DNA of 64,000 nt from positions 457 to 64,456 of the forward strand of contig JBBRPY010000005.1 in the NCBI GenBank assembly GCA_038227375.1, in the 5' to 3' direction. How positions within the stretch are numbered: the stretch's first letter is position 1; each line of letters starts with the position of its first letter. Both the position numbers and the translations under genes were made by a program. Positions 39,076 to 47,526 of the stretch are shown piece by piece. The stretch comes from Dehalococcoidia bacterium (lineage in GTDB: Bacteria > Chloroflexota > Dehalococcoidia > DSTF01 > JACRBR01). A model generated the notes under the pieces. It made no database searches. It was not told the DNA's origin and saw only the letters and a program-made list of their open reading frames with translations.

Positions 39076-40413
39076 CTACGGTGGCGCCTTGTGCTCTTGC
39101 AGCGGAGCGAGCGGGTCTTGCGGGCGGCCGAATCGGCGGCCGCCGCGGCGCGGTTCGCCTTCGACGAGGCCTAGAAATATCGCCAGCGGCCGCGCGACGA
39201 GGAGCGTCAGCGGCATGTACAGCACGCCGATCCAGAGCACCTGCCAGCCGTTTGCCGCGCCCTCCAGACGGATCGTATGCGTGATCTGGCGAAAGGGTTC
39301 GTTCACGATCAGCACGGTGTACGAAATGACGCCCACCCAGGCGAACATCCGTCCGGGCGTGCTGACCTCCAACTTCCCCGGGATCTTCATCACGAGCGGC
39401 AGGAAGATCAGGCACATGCCGAGCGCGTGCAGCGGCTCCTGGAAGGTGATCGGGCCGCCGCTATCGGGTTCGATCATGCTGCCGGCGATGAAGAGGAGCA
39501 GTCCGAGGACGACGATCGAGACGATGTCAAGCGGCGCGCGCGTGTACTCGATGAGGAGCTGCGGCTTCGTCACCATCAGGTAGCCGCCGACCATGCCAAG
39601 CCCGAACTCGAAGATGCGGAACGGCGCGAGCGTCTCCACCCAGCTCGTCGCGGGGATCAGACTGCCGTCGAAGGCGACGATGATGTTCAGCGAGACCATC
39701 GTGATGAGGAATGTGAGCGCCAGGAAGAACCAGGGGCCGATGCGCTTGAGCAGCGGCAGCAGGAGAGGGAAGAGGAGATAGTACTGGAGGATCAGCAGCA
39801 CGAACCAGAGCGACCCTTCCGGAGCGAACTGCCAGCCGTTCTTCCAGAACCGCGGGATCAGCGTGAGGCCGACGAGCAACTGATTCTTGTTGAGCACGAC
39901 GTCGCCGTTCTGGAGGAACCAACCGTAGTCATGCCCGCCATGGCGCTGCCACTGCACCAGCGCGAGCACGGCCGCGAAGGCGAGGGTGTAGAGGAAGCCG
40001 AACCAGTACGGGATCATCACCCGCCGCAGACGCCGGTAGAGGAAGCGAGGCGTCGAAGCGAATGTCGTCTGTCGCTGCATGGCGACAAGCGTCAGCGAGA
40101 GGCCGCTGAGGATCATGAAGAGGGGCACGCCGAGGTAGCCGACGCGCAGAAGGGCATCGAATGCGGCAGTTGCGGCATTCCACGCTTGCCCGCCGGTGAT
40201 CTCGTGCGGCACCGCCCGGAACTGGCTCGAGACCGGCTTCACGTCCAGGAACTTGATATCGGTCCAGAGGTGGTACAGCACGACCCAGAGGATCGCAAAG
40301 CCGCGGAGCATATCAACCGCGACGATGCGCCCGCTATCCGGCACGAGCCGGGCGTTCTCGAGCGCAGCGTCGTTGTCGCCGCTCGCTGCCATGTTTCTAC
40401 GTTTGGCCGCCAA
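39076..40413 (-). CDS. acyltransferase family 3 (OafA/YrhL-like) membrane protein
   Basis: VDMLRGFAILWVVLYH signature and ~10 TM helices. Confidence 0.8.
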   Translation of the reverse strand: MAAKRRNMAASGDNDAALENARLVPDSGRIVAVDMLRGFAILWVVLYHLWTDIKFLDVKPVSSQFRAVPHEITGGQAWNAATAAFDALLRVGYLGVPLFMILSGLSLTLVAMQRQTTFASTPRFLYRRLRRVMIPYWFGFLYTLAFAAVLALVQWQRHGGHDYGWFLQNGDVVLNKNQLLVGLTLIPRFWKNGWQFAPEGSLWFVLLILQYYLLFPLLLPLLKRIGPWFFLALTFLITMVSLNIIVAFDGSLIPATSWVETLAPFRIFEFGLGMVGGYLMVTKPQLLIEYTRAPLDIVSIVVLGLLLFIAGSMIEPDSGGPITFQEPLHALGMCLIFLPLVMKIPGKLEVSTPGRMFAWVGVISYTVLIVNEPFRQITHTIRLEGAANGWQVLWIGVLYMPLTLLVARPLAIFLGLVEGEPRRGGRRFGRPQDPLAPLQEHKAPP

Positions 40414-40502
40414 CGATCATCACTCGCGCCGGACCGCGCTTCGTCCCATCGGACGATGCGTGTTTGAGCGCGCCGGCACCCAGAATAGCCGACCTGAGGC
40501 GC

Positions 40503-41063
40503 CTATAACTCATCGGCGAATGCCCGGTACTTGCCGCGGAAGAACAGCAGGGGTTGCACGTCGTTGACGATGCCTTCGTTGATCACCTCGCCGAGAAAGA
40601 TGGAATGGTCGCCGCCGTCAAGGACGTCGGCGATGCGGCACTCGAGGAACGCCAGGCAGTCCTCCAGCCGGGGCGCGCCCGTCGTGCCGATGATGAACGG
40701 CTGACCCCGCAGCTCGCCGATCTCGGGTTCGCCGCGGCGGGCGAAGATCCGCGAGACATCCTCCTGATGCTCGCCAAGGATGTTGACCGTGAATGCCCCG
40801 CCTTCTTCGAGCACGCGATGCGTGTGGGTAGTCTTTTCGACGCAGATCAGCACCATCACGGGGTCGAGCGAGAGGGAGGTGACGGAATTGGCGGTCATGC
40901 CCTGCAGCTCTTCGCCCGCCGCCGCCGTAATGACGGAGACGCCGGTAGCGAAGTGGCCGATGATGCTGCGGAACTCAAGCGGGTCGACGACCACGGACGA
41001 TGCTCCCGGCACGGCGCTTGCTGGCGGCGAAACTATAGCATCGGGCCGCGCATCGCTGAGCAT
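40503..41063 (-). CDS. flavin reductase family protein (FMN-binding split barrel)
   Basis: FRSIIGHFATGVSVITA...SLDPVMVLICV signature. Confidence 0.8.
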   Translation of the reverse strand: MLSDARPDAIVSPPASAVPGASSVVVDPLEFRSIIGHFATGVSVITAAAGEELQGMTANSVTSLSLDPVMVLICVEKTTHTHRVLEEGGAFTVNILGEHQEDVSRIFARRGEPEIGELRGQPFIIGTTGAPRLEDCLAFLECRIADVLDGGDHSIFLGEVINEGIVNDVQPLLFFRGKYRAFADEL

Positions 41064-41086
41064 GAGCGGAATCGGCGCGGGATGTG

Positions 41087-41383
41087 TTACTCCTCGCCGA
41101 GCGGCACCAATAGGCTGATGTGGTTCGTGCTCAGCAGCACGAATGGCGCTGATGCCAGTGCTTCTTCGAGACTGCCACCCTCTGCTGAGCGGATGGTCAC
41201 ATCGGTGAGGAGGATGTACCGCTCGCCTGTTGCGGAGTTGCGCATCGAATCGCTGAGCCGCACGCGCGGCGGGTGCGAGTAGTCGCCCTCGATAATGCCG
41301 GACGGGGTGAAGGCGCGGACGCGCGTCTTCTCTTTCTCCACGTACTCGGATTGATGGTTGAGGGCCGGAATCGTATCGTTCAT
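41087..41383 (-). CDS. hypothetical protein (98 aa)
   Basis: Protein-like composition. No motifs. Confidence 0.4.
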   Translation of the reverse strand: MNDTIPALNHQSEYVEKEKTRVRAFTPSGIIEGDYSHPPRVRLSDSMRNSATGERYILLTDVTIRSAEGGSLEEALASAPFVLLSTNHISLLVPLGEE

Positions 41384-41387
41384 GGCG

Positions 41388-42026
41388 CTACCTCGTCTGC
41401 GTCAGGTCGTCTCCCAGCCCGGCGGCGAGGAGATGGGCGTTATCGCCCAATTGCAATAACGTCGCCTGCCCCGCCTGCATATCCAGCACGGTGCGGGTGG
41501 CGAGCGGCTGCCGCAGGCGCCGGAACTCGCTGAGCGGCAGATTCAGGGCGCGGCAGGCGAGCGTCAAGATGACGAAATTGTGCGTGACCACCACCACCTG
41601 TCCCGACGGCCACGCCGAGCGTATGCGCTCGACGGCGGCCCACGCGCGCGCCTGCACCTCTCGCAGCGTCTCGCCCCCGGGCATGCGCGCGTCGCCGGCA
41701 TCATCCGAGAGCCACTGGCTAAGGAACTCCGGATAACGCTCGCGAAGCTCGGCGGGCGTCAGGTGCTCCATTTCGCCGACGTCCATCTCGATCAGGTCCG
41801 GCTCCAGCGCGATGGGGCAGCCGGTGGCAGAGGAGACCGACTCTGCCGTCACGGCGCATCGCTGCAACGGGCTCGAGTAGATGGCATCTGGCGCCAGGGT
41901 CAGCGTCGAAGCGAGCGCCCGCGCCTGCGCGTGGCCACGCTCGTTCAGCGCCGCATCCGCACGGCCGAGCGTTAGGCCGCGCCGGTTGTGCTCGGTCTCG
42001 CCGTGCCGCATCAGGATCAGCCGCAT
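41388..42026 (-). CDS. histidine phosphatase family protein (phosphoglycerate mutase-like)
   Basis: LMRHGETEHN RHG motif. Start at ATG 42024-42026, so the ORF track N-terminus is over-extended. Confidence 0.8.
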   Translation of the reverse strand: MRLILMRHGETEHNRRGLTLGRADAALNERGHAQARALASTLTLAPDAIYSSPLQRCAVTAESVSSATGCPIALEPDLIEMDVGEMEHLTPAELRERYPEFLSQWLSDDAGDARMPGGETLREVQARAWAAVERIRSAWPSGQVVVVTHNFVILTLACRALNLPLSEFRRLRQPLATRTVLDMQAGQATLLQLGDNAHLLAAGLGDDLTQTR

Positions 42027-42868
42027 CAGCTCGCGAACCGCCCGCGCTTTCGCCAGGCGTCGCGGGAGGGAGATGTGCCCGCGAGGATCAGCTTCGTGCG
42101 GTGAATCCGCAGCGGCGTACCGAATCCGAGCGCGAGCGCTACTTGCTCCGGACGGCCGCTGCCCGTGTTGTCGTTCTTCAGTCGCATCCGCAGCGACATG
42201 CGTTCGCCACCGGCGTCGATGAGGGCGATGCGCTCGACCTGCGCACGAATGTCGTATGAGCGCACCTCGTCGTCGCGCTTGTGCTGCCACGGCACGGTGG
42301 CCGCGCTCATGAATGCGTCTATGGCTGCTTCCGGCGTGCGGACGATGGATGTTGGATGTTGGATGTTGGATGTTGGATGCGCGCTTCCAGCCTCCAGCTT
42401 CCAGCCTCCAGCTTCGCCCGCACCTGCGACCGTACCCGCCTGCACCTCAACCCCAGCTTCCAGCTTCCAGGCTCCAGCTTCGGCGACATCCACGACAGCC
42501 GCCTGCACTTCAACCAGATATTCCGCGAAGCGGACGTCGGCCTGGAGCGCGGGCAACGCCAATCCCGCTTCCTCGACGGCGACGATCGCCATCGCCGGCG
42601 GCAGCTGCTTCGTGGCGTCGAGCAGGAAGGTCTTTGGTGCGATCCGTTCGTCCATGAAGACGTCCATCAGCTCGGCCTCGCTCGTCGTGCCGACGGGGAG
42701 CGGCGCGGCGAGCGAGAGCTGCGCGTGCGGGGAGAAGCCCTCGGAGTACGCGACGGGCAGTTGTGCGCGCCGCAACGCCCGCTCCCAGAAGCGCATGAGG
42801 TCGAGGTGCGTGATGTACTTCAGTTCCTCGCCGCGTCCGAAGGTGACCCGCAGCCGCTGCACCTTCAT
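42026..42868 (-). CDS. DUF2344/TIGR03936 family (radical-SAM-associated) protein carrying an in-frame heptamer-repeat insertion
   Basis: N-terminus MKVQRLRVTFGRGEELKYITHLDLMRFWERALRRAQLPVAYSEGFSPH. The central segment ...AGAWKLEAGVEVQAG...GGWKLEAGSAHPTSNIQHPTSI is encoded by tandem heptamer repeats at 42345-42483. Confidence 0.7.
   Translation of the reverse strand: MKVQRLRVTFGRGEELKYITHLDLMRFWERALRRAQLPVAYSEGFSPHAQLSLAAPLPVGTTSEAELMDVFMDERIAPKTFLLDATKQLPPAMAIVAVEEAGLALPALQADVRFAEYLVEVQAAVVDVAEAGAWKLEAGVEVQAGTVAGAGEAGGWKLEAGSAHPTSNIQHPTSIVRTPEAAIDAFMSAATVPWQHKRDDEVRSYDIRAQVERIALIDAGGERMSLRMRLKNDNTGSGRPEQVALALGFGTPLRIHRTKLILAGTSPSRDAWRKRGRFAS
42345..42483. repeat. STRR-like heptanucleotide tandem arrays inside a coding region: (GGATGTT)x4.5, (CTTCCAG/CCTCCAG)x4, then (CTTCCAG)x3
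   Basis: Read directly: ggatgttggatgttggatgttggatgttggatgc gcgc ttccagcctccagcttccagcctccagcttcg ... ccccagcttccagcttccaggctccagcttcgg. Confidence 0.75.
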
Positions 42869-44196
42869 CAGCCAGCGTCCTGGGCGACGTGATCCTGCGC
42901 GCCGACGCGCGTGATGACGACGGACTCGATTTTCACGCCCTTCACCGCGGACACAGTGATCCGGTAACCGTCGATGGCGAGCGTCTCGCCCTCGCGGGGG
43001 ATGTGGCCAAGCTGTTCCAGCACAAAGCCCGCGACCGTCTCGTAATCGCCTTCGGGCAGCTCGACCTCGAGTTCCTCGCGCACATCGAAGATGCTCATGC
43101 CGCCATCCACGCGGGTCGTGTTCTCGTCGATCGTCGAGAACTCCTCCGATGGCTCGCCCAGCTCGTCGACGACGCGCCCGACCATCTCTTCGAGCATCAG
43201 CTCCAGCGTGATGACGCCGGCGACGCCGCCGTATTCGTCGACGACGATCGCCATCTGCTGGCGCTGGTCCTGCATCTGCCAGAAGAGCGCGCTGACCGGC
43301 TTCGTCTCGGGCACAAACGGCGCCGGCCGGAAGAGCGTCTCGAGCGGGGAGTCCTCGGTGATCTGGTGCTCGGCCAGCGCACGCAGGACATCCTTGATGC
43401 TGATGATGCCGACGACGTTGTCGATCGAATCGTCGTACACGGGGAAGCGAGAGTGCGGCGTCTTGTCGAAGGTCTCGTAGAACTCACGGACGGTCTCGTT
43501 CTTTTCGAGCCAGACCACCTCCGTCCGCGGCACCATGATCTCGTTGACGCGACGGTCGTGAAAGTGAAAGACGCGGTCCAGCAACTCGGCCTCTTGCTCG
43601 TTCACCGACCCCTCTTCGGCGCCGATGTCGATCAGCATCCGCAATTCCGCTTCCGTGACCATGTGCCGCTCGGCCGCATTGCCGAAGAGATTCGGGATGA
43701 CGGCGAGCGCGCTGATCACGGGGCTCATAATGCGCACCACGACCTCGACGGGGATGGCGACGGCGTAGGCGATGCGCTCCGGCGAGCGGGCGGCCATCAC
43801 CTTCGGCGTGTATTCGCCGAACTCCGCGGCGATCAACGGGATCGCGACCAGGCTGAAGAAGAAGCCCCACTTGCCGAAGAGGTCGACGGCGATGACGGTG
43901 CCCGCCGTCGATGCGAGAAAGATCGAAAGGTTTTGCATGATGACGACGACGCCGAAGTAGCGTTCCTGCGCATTCTTCAGCCGCTCCAGTGCGCGCGCCG
44001 AACGATGACCTTCCTCGGCAGCAGAACGCACCTTCAGGCGGCTCGACGCCACGACGGCGATCTCGATGCCGTTGACGAGCGCATAGCCGAGCAGGCCGCC
44101 GACGAACAGCACGATCGCGAGCGGGACCGGGATGGGGAGCGATGCGTTTTCAGCGAGGACGATGGGCGGAACGCCCGACAGAGGGGTGTCTAACAT
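42868..44196 (-). CDS. hemolysin family protein (CNNM TM domain + CBS pair + CorC/HlyC)
   Basis: DUF21 TM region followed by CBS domains and a CorC_HlyC C-terminus. Start taken at MLDTPLSG (ATG 44194-44196). Confidence 0.8.
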   Translation of the reverse strand: MLDTPLSGVPPIVLAENASLPIPVPLAIVLFVGGLLGYALVNGIEIAVVASSRLKVRSAAEEGHRSARALERLKNAQERYFGVVVIMQNLSIFLASTAGTVIAVDLFGKWGFFFSLVAIPLIAAEFGEYTPKVMAARSPERIAYAVAIPVEVVVRIMSPVISALAVIPNLFGNAAERHMVTEAELRMLIDIGAEEGSVNEQEAELLDRVFHFHDRRVNEIMVPRTEVVWLEKNETVREFYETFDKTPHSRFPVYDDSIDNVVGIISIKDVLRALAEHQITEDSPLETLFRPAPFVPETKPVSALFWQMQDQRQQMAIVVDEYGGVAGVITLELMLEEMVGRVVDELGEPSEEFSTIDENTTRVDGGMSIFDVREELEVELPEGDYETVAGFVLEQLGHIPREGETLAIDGYRITVSAVKGVKIESVVITRVGAQDHVAQDAG

Positions 44197-44369
44197 GCAG
44201 GGTGCGCGGACTCGCGGCCGCGTGGCCGGGGCGCACGCCGCCCCGCTGCGCGCATGATAGCGCACTGAATGACCGGCGGGTTGGGGTCAAGGCGACGGTC
44301 GTTGACGGCAAGTCGCCCGGATAGAAGTGGGATCAGACCACGGCCGATGGGCGCATGTCGAGGGAATGG

Positions 44370-45002
44370 TCAGCCCGCGGCGGCCTGCGGAAGTTCTGAT
44401 GCCTCGCACCCGACCGCCAGCGGCTGCTCGGCGTCCAGCGCGCTTCCTCCCTCGAGAAGGCTTTCTTCCAGCAGCCGCATCGACTGCTCGCACCACTCGA
44501 TGTAGGCGCGGCGGTAGGAGATCGCCATCTCCAGCGTGAGGGCCCAAAAGAGCCCGTTCTTCGTTGAATGAGACTTCTCGATGCCCTGCCGGATCTTCTC
44601 TCGCAGCACCGTTTCGGAGAACGCCAGCATCATCTGCTGCTCCTCCATCTGGCGGCGCATCATGATCAGCACGTCCTCGATCGGCACCTGCGTGCCGAAG
44701 AAGACCTTGATCAGGAACGGGTCGCGCATGTCCGCTGGAGATTGCGGCGCCCGCACCCAGCGGAGGAATTCGTCGCGGCCGCCGTCGGTGATCTGGTACA
44801 CCTTGCGGTTCGGGCGGTTCTGCTGCACTTCGACGTGCATATCGACGAAGCCGCCCTCTTCGAGCGACTTCAGTGTGGGGTATATCTGGCTCAGCTCGGC
44901 ATTCCAGAAGTGCTGCACGGAGGAGTCGAAGAACTGCTTCAACTCGTAGCCCGTCATCTGGCCGTAGCCGAGGATGCCCAGGAGCGCGTGCTTCAGCGAC
45001 AT
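44370..45002 (-). CDS. PadR family transcriptional regulator
   Basis: MSLKHALLGILGYGQMTGYELKQFF... is a PadR winged helix with a C-terminal extension. Confidence 0.8.
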   Translation of the reverse strand: MSLKHALLGILGYGQMTGYELKQFFDSSVQHFWNAELSQIYPTLKSLEEGGFVDMHVEVQQNRPNRKVYQITDGGRDEFLRWVRAPQSPADMRDPFLIKVFFGTQVPIEDVLIMMRRQMEEQQMMLAFSETVLREKIRQGIEKSHSTKNGLFWALTLEMAISYRRAYIEWCEQSMRLLEESLLEGGSALDAEQPLAVGCEASELPQAAAG

Positions 45003-45042
45003 CGTCTGCCCTCGTGCCGGCGGCGCATTTGCGGCCCGGCCA

Positions 45043-45237
45043 TCAGATCCAGGGGCTATGAGCCTTGAGCGGCTGCTGGGCGCGCAGCGCCTCCGGCTGC
45101 GGCCGCTTCGCTCGCTCACGGTCGAGGCGCTGTAGGTCCCTGAGCCTTTGCAGCCACGTCGCGCGCCTGGCGAGACGGTCGTGCTCGGCTTCGACCGAGC
45201 GATAGATGAATGCGGCGAATCCGGTAAAATCCATCAC
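45043..45237 (-). CDS. small hypothetical protein upstream of padR
   Basis: 64-aa ORF with coiled-coil-like composition. Weak support. Confidence 0.25.
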   Translation of the reverse strand: MMDFTGFAAFIYRSVEAEHDRLARRATWLQRLRDLQRLDRERAKRPQPEALRAQQPLKAHSPWI

Positions 45238-45382
45238 GTGGCGCCTCCCAGCGTCGATTCGGAGAGCTCGGCTCCTCTATATATCGACACTTATATATAA
45301 CTCTTGATACATGGGGCGAGCAAGCGCGCGTGGAGGGTACATGTCTTCGGCCCCGGCGGGCGCCCTTGCCCCGCACGGGGGA

Positions 45383-45733
45383 TCAGGTCCCGAGAAGCGA
45401 TTCCAACAGCAGCGGCAACTCCTCCGCAAGCTGCGAGCGCGGCGCCACCTGGTCGGCGCCCGCAGTGCGAGCGGCGCGCAGCACGCCGGGCTCCGTGTGC
45501 CGCCCGAAGGCGAGGACGCGCGCGCCCGCCGCCTTCGCCGCGGTGATGGTCGCCCCCACGTCTACGCCGCCTTCGTGGAGGTCGATGATGACGAGCGCCG
45601 GGTGCGACTCCACGGCCTTCGCCGCGGAGGCGGCGTCGTCCGCCACGACGGCTTCGTGACCGGCCGCCTCGACTGCGGCGGTGATCCGCGATTGGAACAG
45701 GAGGTCGGACACGATGACGGCGACGGTGCTCAT
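45383..45733 (-). CDS. response-regulator receiver-like (CheY-like, possibly degenerate) domain protein
   Basis: VAVIVSDLL...LVIIDLHEGG... The phosphoacceptor-position Asp is present but the acidic pocket is incomplete. Confidence 0.5.
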   Translation of the reverse strand: MSTVAVIVSDLLFQSRITAAVEAAGHEAVVADDAASAAKAVESHPALVIIDLHEGGVDVGATITAAKAAGARVLAFGRHTEPGVLRAARTAGADQVAPRSQLAEELPLLLESLLGT

Positions 45734-46239
45734 CCCTGATGGTACCGGAGCGCACGGGCTCCCTCGTGGAAAGAGCCAGTCGGCGCCATCGATCTTGCCG
45801 CGTGGTGCGGCTTACGCCAGGACGCTCGCGAGCGCGCTCACCAGCATGATGCCGAGCACGGAGACGTGCAGCGCGTAGTGGTGCTTCACGAGCGCGGACA
45901 GGCGCCACAGTTCGCCGAACGGCAGCGCGGCGCGCTTCGGGCGGAAATAGTCGATGCGGATCTTGAGATTGTCGGCGTGGTGCAGCATCGCGTGCTCCTG
46001 CTTTGGCGGGACTTGGTTCGCGGCCGCGCCGTGCTGCCCGGAGTGGGTGCAGCGGGCGGCCGGGCGGCGTCGTCCTTCGATTATCGGAGGCGCGGTCGCA
46101 AATTGCCATGAACCGAGCGTCTCATCGTAGGCACAAGGGGCGACAGGATCATCTATCGCTCTCGTCCGTGCGCCCTTGCGGCGCAGCCACGCCGTTCCGA
46201 TGCCTGTCACGCCTCACCTGTCGTCGGTACGCTACTGCC

Positions 46240-47214
46240 GTGCTACTCATTCTCGATGGCAATAACCTCGCCTGGGCCGGCTTCTACGCGCTCGAGCGGG
46301 CGATGAAGCCGGACACACCAGAGCGGCGCGACCGCGTCGCGATGCTCGGCGTCGCCTCCACCGTGCTGGGCGCGATCGCCCGCGACGGCGACGCGCCCGG
46401 CGGCATGAAGCCGTTTCGGGCGGAGCGCGTGGCGATCTGCTTCGACGAGGGCCGTCCCCTGCGCCGGCGCGAGATAGTCCCGGCGTACCAGACCGGCCGC
46501 GAGGGCGACCCCAAGTTCATCCAGAATGAATCCACCATCCTCGGCGCCATCGCTGAGTTTTCGGAGATGGCGGCGTCGATGCTGCCGGTTGAGGTGGTGC
46601 GCGGCGTCAATACGGAGGCGGACGACCTGATCGCCGGCCTCGTCCACGCGACGCCCGGCGTCCGGAAGCGGATCGTCTCCACGGACCGCGACTTCCTGCA
46701 GCTCATCGACGGCGAGACGTCCGTGTACGCGCCGGTGAAGAAGCTGGTCATCGACGAGGGTAACTTCTTCGAAGCCGCCGCCCCACGGACGTCGGGTGGA
46801 GAGCCGGTGCTCTTCCCGCGCGAGCGCTTCCTTGGCTACCGCGCCCTGATTGGCGACCCGTCCGACAACCTGCCGGGCATCCCCGCGGTCGGGCCGCTTT
46901 CGGCGGCGAAGCTGCTGGCGGCCGGCGCGGTCGAATCCTACATGGGCGCGCCGGCGGCCGTTCGCGCCGCCCTCGGCCGGAAGAGCGAGGCGGTCGAGCG
47001 CGCCTTCGCGGACGGCACCGCGGCCGCCGTGATCGAGCGCAATCTCACGCTTATGGACCTGCGCCTGCCGGCGCCCTGCTGGTCGCAGCTCGACGCGCTC
47101 ACCACGCGCGGCTGCTGGGACCGCACCGCGTTCGCCGCCTGGTACCAGGAGCAGAAGATCACGGCCGTCGAGGAGACGCAGCTCCTCGACCGCCTCGAAT
47201 CTCTGGCCCGATAG
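46240..47214 (+). CDS. 5'-3' exonuclease / flap endonuclease (stand-alone Pol I N-terminal-like domain)
   Basis: VLLILDGNNLAWAGFYA... PIN-like fold with H3TH (GIPAVGPLSAAKLL). GTG 46240 chosen as the start. The upstream ORF extension is R-rich. Confidence 0.75.
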   Translation: MLLILDGNNLAWAGFYALERAMKPDTPERRDRVAMLGVASTVLGAIARDGDAPGGMKPFRAERVAICFDEGRPLRRREIVPAYQTGREGDPKFIQNESTILGAIAEFSEMAASMLPVEVVRGVNTEADDLIAGLVHATPGVRKRIVSTDRDFLQLIDGETSVYAPVKKLVIDEGNFFEAAAPRTSGGEPVLFPRERFLGYRALIGDPSDNLPGIPAVGPLSAAKLLAAGAVESYMGAPAAVRAALGRKSEAVERAFADGTAAAVIERNLTLMDLRLPAPCWSQLDALTTRGCWDRTAFAAWYQEQKITAVEETQLLDRLESLAR

Positions 47215-47334
47215 CACTCGCGCCCGCCGCGCCGGCCACGGCGACCGATTTGCGCTGTTGGGCCGCCAACGTCGGTTCGGCCCGCTTGCTAGAATCTGGC
47301 GGATGCGGCGCCCATCGGATTTCGCCGCGACCGC

Positions 47335-47420
47335 GCCGGGGTGGCGGAATTGGTATACGCAGCGGACTTAAAATCCGCCGGCCGCAAGGCATTGTGGGTT
47401 CGAGCCCCACCCCCGGTACC
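47335..47420 (+). tRNA. tRNA-Leu (anticodon TAA), class II with a long variable arm
   Basis: Acceptor GCCGGGG/CCCCGGT. Anticodon stem-loop GCGGA-CTTAAAA-TCCGC. 15-nt variable arm. T-arm GTGGG-TTCGAGC-CCCAC. Discriminator A and an encoded CCA. Confidence 0.85.
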
Positions 47421-47526
47421 AGATTCCACCGCCGCTCCGTGCCTGACTTCGCAAGTCTGGTTGGATGATCCGGCTCCGGTCCGGACCCGCAACAGGCGCT
47501 CTTGCCCGCCTCGATACAATGAACAC

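Noticed and set aside
39277-40467. 396-aa plus-strand ORF antisense to the acyltransferase gene
   Set aside because: Low-complexity charged composition. The acyltransferase-3 signature is on the minus strand.
46003-46239. N-terminal 79-codon extension of the 5'-3' exonuclease ORF
   Set aside because: R/S-rich with no homology. The conserved LLILDGNNLA N-terminus begins at GTG 46240.
47341-47526. ORF-track start of uvrC at 47341
   Set aside because: This start lies inside tRNA-Leu. The UvrC GIY-YIG homology begins at GTG 47527.
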